The notes below the pieces were generated by a model. That model worked only from the letters and a program-made list of their open reading frames with translations, ran no database searches and had not been told where the DNA came from. A stretch of DNA of 61,267 nucleotides from an uncultured Candidatus Saccharibacteria bacterium (GTDB taxonomy: Bacteria > Patescibacteriota > Minisyncoccia > Phycocordibacterales > CAIZIN01): NCBI GenBank assembly GCA_964462115.1, contig CAYWWA010000001.1, positions 25,795 through 87,061 of the forward strand, given 5' to 3'. How positions within the stretch are numbered: the stretch's first letter is position 1; each line of letters opens with the position of its first letter. Positions 18,315 to 28,772 of this stretch are shown piece after piece. Made by a program: the position numbers and the translations under genes.

Positions 18315-21300
18315 TTATGGAGAATAATAACCAGTGCTGGTTGAGTAAGTGCTGCCATCGGTCGCTATTAACATCCAGTATGGGGTTGAGGATGAAACTG
18401 TTTGAAAATACTCATTACCTGAATTTGAACTTTCATAAATATAATCATATTCATTCAACGGATACGAACTGGCAGTATAGAGATTCCAATCAACTGACTG
18501 TGAGCTAGATGCGGAGATGTAGTAATTATCACTATCATAATATCCAGACCCTGCACCATACAAAGTAAATCCATCAGAGCTAGTGGCTTGGGTAGTAGTT
18601 GAGGTATTGTTGTTGTAGTCGTTACTATCGCCAGCATCAATCCAAATAGGAGTCTGAGTAGCAAATAGAGTATTAGGGGCCTCATGAGTTTGGGTTGGAT
18701 TATATCCGCCTTGAATATAAGGTGGGGTTTTATCAATTTTAGCGATAGTGTAAGTGGTTGAGCCAAGCATTCCTCCATAATCCTCAAACCCAACTACGCC
18801 CAATTCGTTACCATAAAAATCCTTAGTACAGACAGTATAAGTTTCAGTATGACCACAACTCCAAGACGAAGGAGTATTTATCTTTTCACTAGTAGTTAGT
18901 TTAGCCGTTACATATTGATTAGTCCACGGCACTTCAGAATAAGCGGTGGTATCTGTAACCTTTTGCCCGACATTAGCCCCACCGGTGGAAGTGGCGGTAT
19001 AAGTAACTATAGCGGTTGGAATATCAGTATCATCTACATAAAATGTGCGAGTCGCAAATCCTACGTTGCCAGAAAGGTCGGTGTATTGATAGGTGCTATA
19101 ATAGGTACCTGTAGCATTGATACTATTAACTGTAAAATTACTAGTATGAATCAAACTACCATTTTGATAAGCAGAAGAAGTGGCTATGCTGGTTGGTGTA
19201 GCGTTGTCACTCAAAGAAACCCCACCCCACAAATAGCTATTCAAAGCGCTGGCACTAATCGCTGCGTCGTTTCGGTTTAAAGTGTAATGGTCTGGAGCTA
19301 CGGTGATAACTGGATTGGTGGTATCTACCACTACTACTGTCCGGGTAATCTGTGAGGTATTACTAGCGACATCAGTGGCAGAATAGATAATTTCGTAAGT
19401 CCCCGGAGTATAGATGTCAACATTGTTACTTACTGTAGTAGTAGAATAAACTCCTGATGCTCCATAAGATGGAGAAACCGAAGTTTCATCAATAGCAGAA
19501 AATCCTGCATCATAGTAGACATAACCAGCTTCATGATTATTAGGACCATCACCACCAATTAGAGCTAAGGTGGGAGCTTTTTTATCAATCTTGGTTACCG
19601 AAATAGTGATGTCTTTGGAGTTGCCATCATAGTCCACTAAGGTCACTACTTCGTTGGTCACGTTGGCAGAAAAAATTTTAATGAAAGTATCATCGTCCAC
19701 TCTGGTCCAAGCCGTTGGCGTAGCTACTGGTTCGGTGGTGTTAATAGTAACAGTCACATCAGTATTAACCCAAGTAGTTTCCACCGTATTACCATTAGAA
19801 TATGACTTAGACGACAAATCTGGAGCGGTGGAGTCTTTAATTTCTACATGACGAGAAGTGGTGGCTATATTACCAGCGTTATCAGCTACAGTGAAAATGA
19901 CCAAATAGGTGCCAGTGGCATTGGTGTTGAGAATACTAACTACAGCACTCTGGGCCACCGTATCATAAATAGATTGAACAGTAATCTGTGAGGTTTTATT
20001 ACCATCATTAGAATCAAGAGCGGTAATGCCTTGTAAAAAGTAAGCGTCGTTTAGTTCAGTGGCAGACAATCTTTCTACGGTCAAAGTGGCAGGGTTAATT
20101 GGAGAGTAAACAGGGGCAGTAGTATCAATAACCCTCACTGATAAAGTAGAGGTAGCAGAAGTGTTGCCCGCAGAGTCGGTGGCGTTATAGTTTACTGCAT
20201 AAGTAGTGCCATTCACAATATTAGTCAAGGTGGTGCCTGATTGATTGTAAGAAGGAATAGCGTTATTGATAATACCAGCTAAGACTGAATTATATGAGCT
20301 GTTTTCATTCGTATCTTGATTATCCAAAACAGTTAAAGTGACACTCTGGCCGGTACCCAAAGTTGGACCGCTCCCCACCGGGTTACTACCTTCCGCCGTT
20401 GAAGTAATGGCACCATCAGGAATAGTGAATGCAGTAGCAGCTTCTACCAACAAGGTAGAAGTAGATAAAGATATTGAAGGATTAACCTTATCAACCCAAT
20501 CAATTAAAATATTTTTGATGGTATTTTGGGGGCGACCAGCGTTATCCACAAAAGTAACTGACAAGCCAGCCGGAACAGTGTTAGCAGTAAAAGTTTTTTG
20601 ACACTGACCACGATAAACCCCCACACCACCCGAACAAGTCCAACCATCTATTGGATCTTCGGTTGATCCAGAAATATCACTACCATTAGCAATTTTAATA
20701 TTGGTAACTACTTTAGAAAAATTCAAAGTCACCAAAACATTAGCATTGGTCGCAGTTTTGTTTGGGGTGTAAACTATATCCACAGACGGATTACTAACAT
20801 CTAAGTCTTGCACGATAATAGTTCGTTGAGTGGTAGTGGAATTACCTGCTTTATCGGCGATAGTATAAGTTATAATATAATTGCCAACCACAGTCTCATT
20901 AAAAGGTGAAGCCCAGCTATAACTAACATTTTGAGCTTGATAATTAGACGAGTTAATGACAACTTGGCTGCCGTAATTATCTAAATTATCTTGGATGGTT
21001 AATCCTCCAGTATCATTATCCCCATTCGTACCCCACAACAAACGAGCATCATTACCACCACTATATTTAACAGCTGCAGAAGAGGTGGCAGCCGAAATGG
21101 TAATAGAATCAGGATTGATTATGGCGGTTGGTTTAGTAGTATCTACTACTGTGTAATTGATGGTAACAGGGTTGGCTGCGTTGTTGGCTGTATCGGTAGC
21201 ATACCAAGTAACTACTGTAGTGCCTGTAGCTGATAAAGAAATAGAGGTTGGAGAATGACCTTTCTGTTTACAACCAGAAACAAGTCCTAAGTCACTATTA

Positions 21301-22256
21301 CCAGAACCTGCACCATTAACTGGATCAGCACAACTTGTATCAGAACCTGGCACAGTAAAGCTTTGTCCATATGATGCCTCAAGTGTTGTTTGAACTGGGT
21401 TAGTAGTTAAAACTGGAGCGGTTTTATCAATTTTATTGACTGTTAATGTAGTTTGAGTTGTTAGATCAGAAATATCTTTGACAGTTAGTGTGGCATAATT
21501 ATTAGAGCTACAAGTATAGATCAATTGCTGAGTGCCATTGCCCGAACTTAATAAACAACTACCGGTATCCACTTCGTCTAAAGAAACAACCCAAACCGGT
21601 TCAGATGTTTTTACTTTAACCGTTGCGTTTGTGTTGTGCCAGTTTTGAAGTGAAGGTACTTCTTTCTCACTACCACTAGTATAAGTAACAGAGGAAACTG
21701 CGGGTGGATTGGTGTCTCTCACATAAATGATAGCAGTTTTGGTGGCGGCATTACCAACCGAGTCAGAGATACGATAGCTGACTGTCACCGTCGCTAAAGT
21801 AGTAGGATAATTACCAATCGGTAAAGGATCAAAGGAAACAGTAATAGTAGCATTAGCCATTCCGTGGGCGGAGTCGTATTGGTCCGAAGCTGTAATATAA
21901 GAACGAGCAAAAGCATCCCAGCTATTAATTGAACCACAGGCCCCGACAGCATAACTACCACAGATTGGCCAAACATTTGTTCCTTGTCTTTCTACAATAA
22001 TTTCAGTAATCCAAGTAGCATTAGGCGGAGTAGTATCTTGCACATAGACGTCAGTGACAGCAGAGGAAGCGTTACCAGCATTATCAACCGCGCCATACTG
22101 AACCCAATATTGTCCGATATTTAGCGGGTCAACGTTAGAGCTGGTGCTGGTGGAATATATACCCGACACACCGGTCTGAGCGTTGACGCTTAGAAATAAG
22201 AAGAATCCGACAAAAATCGTGACTACCGGGAAAAGTGATTGTAGACTCCTCTTCAT
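18315..22256 (-). CDS. Giant secreted surface protein with about 12 tandem Ig-like (HYR/DUF5011-type) modules
   Basis: Signal peptide MKRSLQSLFPVVTIFVGFFLFLSVNAQ. Module boundaries recur as V.DTTPP, DTNPP, IDKTAP, DTTKP, DTTAP, DSTAP, IDKKAP, DTTNP and IDKTPP. The C-terminal tail is S/T/Y-rich. Confidence 0.8.
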   Translation of the reverse strand: MKRSLQSLFPVVTIFVGFFLFLSVNAQTGVSGIYSTSTSSNVDPLNIGQYWVQYGAVDNAGNASSAVTDVYVQDTTPPNATWITEIIVERQGTNVWPICGSYAVGACGSINSWDAFARSYITASDQYDSAHGMANATITVSFDPLPIGNYPTTLATVTVSYRISDSVGNAATKTAIIYVRDTNPPAVSSVTYTSGSEKEVPSLQNWHNTNATVKVKTSEPVWVVSLDEVDTGSCLLSSGNGTQQLIYTCSSNNYATLTVKDISDLTTQTTLTVNKIDKTAPVLTTNPVQTTLEASYGQSFTVPGSDTSCADPVNGAGSGNSDLGLVSGCKQKGHSPTSISLSATGTTVVTWYATDTANNAANPVTINYTVVDTTKPTAIINPDSITISAATSSAAVKYSGGNDARLLWGTNGDNDTGGLTIQDNLDNYGSQVVINSSNYQAQNVSYSWASPFNETVVGNYIITYTIADKAGNSTTTQRTIIVQDLDVSNPSVDIVYTPNKTATNANVLVTLNFSKVVTNIKIANGSDISGSTEDPIDGWTCSGGVGVYRGQCQKTFTANTVPAGLSVTFVDNAGRPQNTIKNILIDWVDKVNPSISLSTSTLLVEAATAFTIPDGAITSTAEGSNPVGSGPTLGTGQSVTLTVLDNQDTNENSSYNSVLAGIINNAIPSYNQSGTTLTNIVNGTTYAVNYNATDSAGNTSATSTLSVRVIDTTAPVYSPINPATLTVERLSATELNDAYFLQGITALDSNDGNKTSQITVQSIYDTVAQSAVVSILNTNATGTYLVIFTVADNAGNIATTSRHVEIKDSTAPDLSSKSYSNGNTVETTWVNTDVTVTINTTEPVATPTAWTRVDDDTFIKIFSANVTNEVVTLVDYDGNSKDITISVTKIDKKAPTLALIGGDGPNNHEAGYVYYDAGFSAIDETSVSPSYGASGVYSTTTVSNNVDIYTPGTYEIIYSATDVASNTSQITRTVVVVDTTNPVITVAPDHYTLNRNDAAISASALNSYLWGGVSLSDNATPTSIATSSAYQNGSLIHTSNFTVNSINATGTYYSTYQYTDLSGNVGFATRTFYVDDTDIPTAIVTYTATSTGGANVGQKVTDTTAYSEVPWTNQYVTAKLTTSEKINTPSSWSCGHTETYTVCTKDFYGNELGVVGFEDYGGMLGSTTYTIAKIDKTPPYIQGGYNPTQTHEAPNTLFATQTPIWIDAGDSNDYNNNTSTTTQATSSDGFTLYGAGSGYYDSDNYYISASSSQSVDWNLYTASSYPLNEYDYIYESSNSGNEYFQTVSSSTPYWMLIATDGSTYSTSTGYYSP

Positions 22257-22371
22257 ACTATAAAATATATAATTTTTCTTCCAAAACACCAAATATAATG
22301 TTTATACTTTTTACTTTTAAACTTGTAAAAATATCTTTTACTTTTTCTATAAAAAATGATATCATTGACCG

Positions 22372-23364
22372 ATGGCTCAGGTCCCTAATTATCATTCGAT
22401 TGACAGCTCTTCCAGAGTAATAATTTTTCATTGGCTAGAAATTATTGCCATCTTGTTAATTATTGCTGGATTAGTTTGGTTTGGAGTCTATCAATATAAC
22501 AATAATAACTCTCTCCGCGAAAAAGTGACCGAGCTGCAACAATCTTTAACTATTTCTGATAACGAAAAAACTGAACTAGAAAATGATTATGAAGACAGAC
22601 TTAACACCCTCCAAGATGAATATGATGATATCTACGAAGAACTGCTGTCGAAAATGGATGATCTTGAAGCCGAGCAGAGACGACGTGAAGACTTAGAAGA
22701 AAACTTAGAGGATTTAGCTGATCAAGTTGCACTACAAGAGAAACTTTCTAAAATTGATAAAGAGATTTTAAAAAAATATGATAAAGCTGTTTTCTTAGAT
22801 GAACACTATGTACCATCTAGTTTGAGTCGAATTGCTGATAAATACATCTTCCCAATTAATGGACAAATTCGTGATCTTACTTTCCAAAGTGACTCACTAT
22901 ATTTCTTAGAAAAAATGATGGATGCGGCTCGCAAGAAAAAAATAGATATCTTCGTGACTTCTGCTTATCGTAGGTATAACGAACAAACATCATTAAATTC
23001 TGCCTATAAAGTCACCTATGGTGCTGGTAAGGCTGGTAGTTTCTCCGCCGAACAAGGTTATTCTGAACATCAACTAGGCACTACGATTGATTTTACCAAC
23101 ACCGCTGATGCTGGTCAGCTAAACACGAGTTTCGACAGCAGTACCACTTTTGAATGGCTGTGGGCTAATGCTCATAAATACGGTTTCATCTTATCCTACC
23201 CTGAGGATAATCAGTTTTACGTATATGAGCCATGGCACTGGCGCTTTGTGGGTATTGAATTAGCTACTGAGCTTTACAACAGAAACGATAGCAAGCGAAA
23301 ATTTCTTTATGATCTTTCTCAAACCGAGATAGATAAATATCTAATCACTATCTTTGATAAATAA
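22372..23364 (+). CDS. VanY/M15B-family D-alanyl-D-alanine carboxypeptidase with an N-terminal TM and acidic coiled coil
   Basis: SAYRRYNEQ, SEHQLGTTIDF and EPWHWRFVG motifs. TGATATCAT-N6-ATG lies upstream. Confidence 0.85.
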   Translation: MAQVPNYHSIDSSSRVIIFHWLEIIAILLIIAGLVWFGVYQYNNNNSLREKVTELQQSLTISDNEKTELENDYEDRLNTLQDEYDDIYEELLSKMDDLEAEQRRREDLEENLEDLADQVALQEKLSKIDKEILKKYDKAVFLDEHYVPSSLSRIADKYIFPINGQIRDLTFQSDSLYFLEKMMDAARKKKIDIFVTSAYRRYNEQTSLNSAYKVTYGAGKAGSFSAEQGYSEHQLGTTIDFTNTADAGQLNTSFDSSTTFEWLWANAHKYGFILSYPEDNQFYVYEPWHWRFVGIELATELYNRNDSKRKFLYDLSQTEIDKYLITIFDK

Positions 23365-23424
23365 TAATTAAAATAGGTTTTTAAAATCTAAAATTATTTT
23401 TTAGTATTTTTCTGTGTTGAAAAA

Positions 23425-24843
23425 TTATTCAACTAAACCACTTTGCTTAAAAGCTTTAACAAATTTATCTGCTCTATCAAACTCATTGGTAAATAAATTA
23501 AAACTGGCAGCCGAAGCAGAAAACAAAATCGTAGTTTTACCGAAAATTTTAATGTTGGCAAAGATATCATCAAAATTATTAAAGACCTGAGCTGGTAGCG
23601 ACAGCAATTGATTTTTAGTAATATTTTCTGGCCAATAATTATTTTTCTGTAACTCTTCAATCATTAGATCAGTTCCGGTTCCAGCTAAAAAAAATAAATT
23701 CTCAGGTCTAATAGTTTTTTTGACCACTTGGGCCCATTCCTTAAAATCCAGGTTTTTATCCATACCACCTGTAATCAAAATGATTCTTCTTTCGGCCTGT
23801 AAATAGTTTTCCAAGAGAGCCATCGTGCCCTCAGGTGAAGTCGCTGCACCGTCATTGATGACCTGCAGACGTCCATTATCAAATATTTTTTCTTGACGTA
23901 ACTCTACCTGTGGTAATGATTCTATTTTGTTCAATAAGATATTCCAATCACGTTTATAAAGATAAGAGACCAATAGGGCTCGCAGGAAACAATACTGTTT
24001 AGCGGAATTATTGAAATTATCAGATAAACGACTGATGATAAATTTTTGTTGATTTTCTTGCCAAATAATTTTTCCATTCTCCAAACATAAACCATTTTTA
24101 TTTTTAGACAAATTCTTTAGCGAAAAATAATAAACTTGGGCCTGAGGCTTCTCTGCTAAGAAAAATTTAGTCCATTTATCATCAGCGTTAAGCACTAAAT
24201 AATCACTACTAGTTTGATTCAAAAAAATTTTAGCTTTCTCTTTAGCATAAACTTCCATTTTTTGATAACGATTAAGGTGGTCTTGATATAAGTTCGTAAT
24301 CACCGCCACTTTGGGTGCTAAAAGTTTTTTCTGATTATATTCTAACTGAAAGGACGACAATTCCAAAACATAAGGCGAGACGTTTTTATTCACAATTTTT
24401 AATAAACCCTTATTAGGTATATTGCCACCAGGCTCAGTGTCTAATAGATAAGCGATCCAGGTGGCAGTGGTAGTTTTGCCCCGAGTGCCAGTAATTGCTA
24501 GATACTCAGCTTGTGCTCGGTGATCAATTTCAGTTAAAAACAAAGATAAATCACTCAGCACTATCTTTTTTAATTTCTTAGCTTTTTTAACCCACTCACT
24601 CTTAGAGTAAACACTTTGATTAAAGACGATAATATCTGCCGCTTGTAAATCCTTTTCAGAATGCCCCCCCAATTTATAAGTGACACTACGAGGTAATTGT
24701 TTAATTGAGGAGATGAGCTCTGGACGTTTTTTACTATCCGTAATAGTCAGTTTAGCACCACGACTTAATAAAAATTTAGCAGTTTCCACTCCACCACCCA
24801 AAACACCCAAACCAAATAATAAAACTTTCTTATCTTTAAACAT
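23425..24843 (-). CDS. murD: UDP-N-acetylmuramoylalanine--D-glutamate ligase
   Basis: N-terminal Rossmann GLGVLGGGVETAKFL and the Mur ligase P-loop ITGTRGKTTT. 472 aa. Confidence 0.88.
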   Translation of the reverse strand: MFKDKKVLLFGLGVLGGGVETAKFLLSRGAKLTITDSKKRPELISSIKQLPRSVTYKLGGHSEKDLQAADIIVFNQSVYSKSEWVKKAKKLKKIVLSDLSLFLTEIDHRAQAEYLAITGTRGKTTTATWIAYLLDTEPGGNIPNKGLLKIVNKNVSPYVLELSSFQLEYNQKKLLAPKVAVITNLYQDHLNRYQKMEVYAKEKAKIFLNQTSSDYLVLNADDKWTKFFLAEKPQAQVYYFSLKNLSKNKNGLCLENGKIIWQENQQKFIISRLSDNFNNSAKQYCFLRALLVSYLYKRDWNILLNKIESLPQVELRQEKIFDNGRLQVINDGAATSPEGTMALLENYLQAERRIILITGGMDKNLDFKEWAQVVKKTIRPENLFFLAGTGTDLMIEELQKNNYWPENITKNQLLSLPAQVFNNFDDIFANIKIFGKTTILFSASAASFNLFTNEFDRADKFVKAFKQSGLVE

Positions 24844-24913
24844 CTTTCAATTATAATATTTTTAAAGTTAAAAATCAAAGGAACAACAAGGAGTAATTAA
24901 AAATATCTCAGTA

Positions 24914-26260
24914 CTAAGACATCAACTGTTCTAAAGAACGTTGGTTGGTGGCGTGAGTATATGCACTTTCTATGGTAATTTGTCCAGTCTGAACCAAAGC
25001 AGCTAAAGAACGGTTCATATCAATCATCCCCTCTTCTAGACCAGTTTCAATAACTGAATCAATTTCATAAGTTCTGTTATCACGAATCAGGTTAGCTACC
25101 GCGGAATTATTTATCAATAGCTCAGCAGCAACAATTAGTCCTCCTCCCACTTTAGGAATAAGTCGTTGAGAAAAAATACCTAATAGTGAATTGGCTAACT
25201 GAAAACGGACTTGAGACTGCTGATCGGCTGGAAAGGAGTCAATAATTCTATCTAGTGTTTGTGAAGCAGAATTAGTGTGTAGGGTGGCAAAAACCAAGTG
25301 GCCTGTTTCAGCGGCTGTCACAGCGGCTGCAATAGTATCTCGATCACGCATCTCACCCACTAAAATTACATTGACATCTTCTCGTAGTGCATCGGTCAAG
25401 GCTGTGCGAAAATCAGGTGTATCAATACCTACCGCTCGTTGATCAATCAGACATTGTTTAGGTTCGTATAGATATTCAATAGGGTCTTCAATAGTAATGA
25501 TATGTTCACTACGGGTTTGGTTAATAACCTCCAACATCGCCGCTAAGGTAGTAGACTTGCCCTCTCCCACCGGCCCAACTACCAAAAAGAAACCTTGTTT
25601 TTTATAACAAAAAGTTGCCAACACTTCTGGTAAATTTAAGTCTTTAAGATCTCTTACTACTCCCGGAATTAAACGCAAAGCAATGGATACATTACCTTTT
25701 TCATAAAAACCATTTCCTCGCAAACGCACCACATCCTTAAAGGCATAAGAAAAATCTACACTTTTCTTTTCTTCAAACGCATTCCTCATCGCTTCTGGCA
25801 TAAGAAGTTTAAGTATTTCTTTTGAATCAAAAGCGGTAATAACACCCCGGTTAATTAGAGGGGTCAACTTCTCATTTACTCGAAGAATAGGATAACTATC
25901 AGCTGATATATGTAAATCAGACGCACCGACCGCTGCCGCGGTGGCGATTAAATCCTCAATACATAAAGCATAATCAATAGAACCATCGCTACCACGCCAC
26001 TTAGGTGGTTCACTATTATCTTGGTGGTTAAGATCAATGTTACTACCAGTGTTTCTCGCTAAAATATCAAACGACTGAGCCTGTGCTTGATTTTGATTAC
26101 TGGCCAAACCAGAAGGCATTAGGGGCTGTTCAACTACTGGGCTATTCTGTTGCTTAAAAGCATTTTGTTGTTCAATCATATACTGGCTCAATCCACCCTC
26201 TGTGGAGACAGAATCGTTATGCTGATTATTATTTTGTGTTTGTTGATCGTTGGGTAACAT
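24914..26260 (-). CDS. pilT: Type IV pilus retraction ATPase PilT-like, with a Q/N-rich N-terminal extension
   Basis: Walker A GPVGEGKST, Asp box, Walker B ILVGEMRD, His box ATLHTN. About 100 extra low-complexity residues sit at the N-terminus. Confidence 0.85.
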   Translation of the reverse strand: MLPNDQQTQNNNQHNDSVSTEGGLSQYMIEQQNAFKQQNSPVVEQPLMPSGLASNQNQAQAQSFDILARNTGSNIDLNHQDNSEPPKWRGSDGSIDYALCIEDLIATAAAVGASDLHISADSYPILRVNEKLTPLINRGVITAFDSKEILKLLMPEAMRNAFEEKKSVDFSYAFKDVVRLRGNGFYEKGNVSIALRLIPGVVRDLKDLNLPEVLATFCYKKQGFFLVVGPVGEGKSTTLAAMLEVINQTRSEHIITIEDPIEYLYEPKQCLIDQRAVGIDTPDFRTALTDALREDVNVILVGEMRDRDTIAAAVTAAETGHLVFATLHTNSASQTLDRIIDSFPADQQSQVRFQLANSLLGIFSQRLIPKVGGGLIVAAELLINNSAVANLIRDNRTYEIDSVIETGLEEGMIDMNRSLAALVQTGQITIESAYTHATNQRSLEQLMS

Positions 26261-26285
26261 GATCTATGATTTTTTCAAATTATTT

Positions 26286-26675
26286 TTAATTTTTTTTATT
26301 ATTCACTATTCCAGAAACAATATCAGCCACATCTTGAGGTGTAGTCAAAGCTTTAACTACGAAATCTGCAGCCCCTAATTCACGCACTCTTCTTTCATCA
26401 GCATGGTTGCTTAGATTAGTTAGAGCTATAATTGGTGCAGCCATGGCTAATTGTTCACTTTTTTTCTGTTCCAAAAAAGCAAAACCGTCTAATTCTGGCA
26501 TAATTAAATCAGTCAAAATGACATCGGGAGTAAAGCCAGTCCTTAAAATTTCTAAGGCCTGATTACCATCACCTTTTAAAGTTACCTCATAACCACACTG
26601 ATTTAGTTTGACTGAATACATGGCAGAAATCAGTTTATCGTCCTCTATTAACAATACTTTTATTTTATTTTCCAT
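26286..26675 (-). CDS. Stand-alone response-regulator receiver (CheY-like)
   Basis: 129 aa with VLLIEDD...DLIMPELDG...ALTN, a typical REC domain, and no output domain. Confidence 0.85.
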   Translation of the reverse strand: MENKIKVLLIEDDKLISAMYSVKLNQCGYEVTLKGDGNQALEILRTGFTPDVILTDLIMPELDGFAFLEQKKSEQLAMAAPIIALTNLSNHADERRVRELGAADFVVKALTTPQDVADIVSGIVNNKKN

Positions 26676-26688
26676 TATTTAAATTATA

Positions 26689-28389
26689 TTATAAGTTATC
26701 TACTTCTTCAACTGGAATCTCTTTCTTAAATACTTTTAAGATTGCGTCTTCCTTAACTGTTAACATTCCCTTAGCTCTAACACATTTATAAACTTCAGCT
26801 TCTACTGGGTTAGTTAATATAACTTGAGCTAAATCTCTATCCATCCTATACATTTCAGACACCACCATTCTACCTTTGACACCAGGCGAACCATCGGGAG
26901 CTGGAGTCAACTCTAAAATCTCATCTGACAGCTCAATCTTGGCTAATGCTTCTGGTGGTAAATCAGCAAAAGATTCATTAATAATTTTTCTTCGTGCTTC
27001 ATCAATTGGGACCACCTTACCTGCTCCAGGAGCATTTTTACGAACTAATCTTTGAGCCATCCCCATAATTAAAGTGGAAGGAATTAAATAGGGATCAACC
27101 CCCATATCAATCAAGCGTGGAATGATTCCGCTGGAAGTATTGGTGTGAATAGTAGATAAAACTAAGTGACCGGTAAGCGCAGCTTGAATAGCCAAACCAG
27201 CAGTCTCCTTATCACGAATTTCTCCCACCATAATAATATCTGGGTCTTGTCGCAAAGTAGTTCTTAGTCCATTAGCAAAATCATAACCAATCTCGGGCCG
27301 GACTTGAGACTGAGAGATTCCATCAATATTGTATTCTACCGGATCCTCTAATGTTAACACATTTTTGCCCTCTCGATCAACCTCATTCAACATAGCAAAA
27401 AGTGTAGTAGATTTACCACTACCAGTTGGACCAGAAATTAGAATCAGACCATAAGGCGCCTGTAAGGCCTCTTTGACTGTCGCTACGTTGTATTCACTCA
27501 TACCCAAATCTGATAACTTCCTCACCCCTTTTTCTTTATCCAAAATACGCATTACCACTTTTTCTCCATAAGTAGTAGGAAAAGTAGAAACACGAAAATC
27601 CACTCGACGAGAATCAATAATCTTAGTAAAACTACCGTCTTGTGGTTTACGTTTTTCGTCAATACGCATGTTACACTGAATCTTAATGTTTGCCACCACC
27701 GCATCATGCACCTTAGAAGGAAGTTCTAACAAAGTATGTAACTCACCATCAATTCGGTAACGAATCCGCACCTTGTCTAGCATGGCTTCAATGTGCACGT
27801 CAGACGCATTACCATCTACCGCATAACGAATAATCGTATTAACCATGGTAGGGACAGGAGCCTCCTCCACAATAGTGGTCTCCTGTTTTTCGTCTTTTTT
27901 AATAACCTGCAACTCTTCCTCATCTTTTTTTAATTCGTCTTCGTAGTCAGATAGGGCTCTACTTACTTCGTTGCTCAGGCCTTTATAAGCCGACATAATT
28001 TCTCCATAATTTTCTTCCGAAATCAAAAATAATTTAAACGGCATATTGATTCGAGTGGAGATAAAGTTCAAAGCATCACGTGACTCCATTGAATCTGGAT
28101 TTAAAATACCCACCTCTAAGAAACCATCTTGAATCCCAATAGGAACAATTTTATAAAACGCAGCTGATTGTTCAGGAATATACTTCAAGATATCATGCAC
28201 CACCTTGGGATCAACCTGACGTACTGGTAAATTAGAAAATTCTCCTTTAACCTCTAAAATATCATTTTCGGTAAAACCATAGTTCAATAAGGCCTGTTCA
28301 ATTGAGAACTTCTTAATGTCTTCATTAAACCTATCTACATCCTCTGGTTTAATTATTTGTTTGTTGATAATAAAATCGTAAAATTGCAT
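26689..28389 (-). CDS. pilB: Type IV pilus assembly ATPase PilB/GspE family
   Basis: 566 aa with Walker A GPTGSGKSTT, MVGEIRD and STIHTN. An N-terminal GSPII-like domain is present. Confidence 0.9.
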   Translation of the reverse strand: MQFYDFIINKQIIKPEDVDRFNEDIKKFSIEQALLNYGFTENDILEVKGEFSNLPVRQVDPKVVHDILKYIPEQSAAFYKIVPIGIQDGFLEVGILNPDSMESRDALNFISTRINMPFKLFLISEENYGEIMSAYKGLSNEVSRALSDYEDELKKDEEELQVIKKDEKQETTIVEEAPVPTMVNTIIRYAVDGNASDVHIEAMLDKVRIRYRIDGELHTLLELPSKVHDAVVANIKIQCNMRIDEKRKPQDGSFTKIIDSRRVDFRVSTFPTTYGEKVVMRILDKEKGVRKLSDLGMSEYNVATVKEALQAPYGLILISGPTGSGKSTTLFAMLNEVDREGKNVLTLEDPVEYNIDGISQSQVRPEIGYDFANGLRTTLRQDPDIIMVGEIRDKETAGLAIQAALTGHLVLSTIHTNTSSGIIPRLIDMGVDPYLIPSTLIMGMAQRLVRKNAPGAGKVVPIDEARRKIINESFADLPPEALAKIELSDEILELTPAPDGSPGVKGRMVVSEMYRMDRDLAQVILTNPVEAEVYKCVRAKGMLTVKEDAILKVFKKEIPVEEVDNL

Positions 28390-28395
28390 TTAAGA

Positions 28396-28767
28396 TCAAT
28401 TGTTAGGGGTCGAGGTGGAATTGGTTTCATTAATAATATTAAAACTATTTCTGGCGGAAGAACTATTGAGATAATTAGTATTAAGCGGTAAAAAAGGATT
28501 TTCATCACGAGGCACGATACTACCTAATTGAATCGGGTCGTTGTTTAGTTTATCAAATCTGTCTTTACTCTCGCCACTATCTATATAAGTATAAAGTAAT
28601 CGCCCAGTATCAGAAACCTTCTTGTCCAACGCTTGGAGATTTTTTAAATCGGCCACAGCATCATTGGTGGAAATTGTCACCTCCCTAGTCTGTTGGCTAA
28701 CAATGGTATCATTATAAAATAACCAACCGCAGAGCAGACAACCTAAAATTAATAAAATGTATCTCAT
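28396..28767 (-). CDS. Hypothetical membrane-anchored protein in the pilus block
   Basis: 123 aa with an N-terminal TM. It lies 6 nt upstream of pilB. No recognisable motif. Confidence 0.5.
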   Translation of the reverse strand: MRYILLILGCLLCGWLFYNDTIVSQQTREVTISTNDAVADLKNLQALDKKVSDTGRLLYTYIDSGESKDRFDKLNNDPIQLGSIVPRDENPFLPLNTNYLNSSSARNSFNIINETNSTSTPNN

Positions 28768-28772
28768 AAAAA

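Noticed and set aside
20542-20550. DnaA box TTATCCACA, hinting at oriC given the nearby gyrB/gyrA.
   Set aside because: It is a single occurrence inside the coding sequence of the giant surface protein. There is no cluster of boxes, no AT-rich unwinding element, and no dnaA or dnaN in the window.
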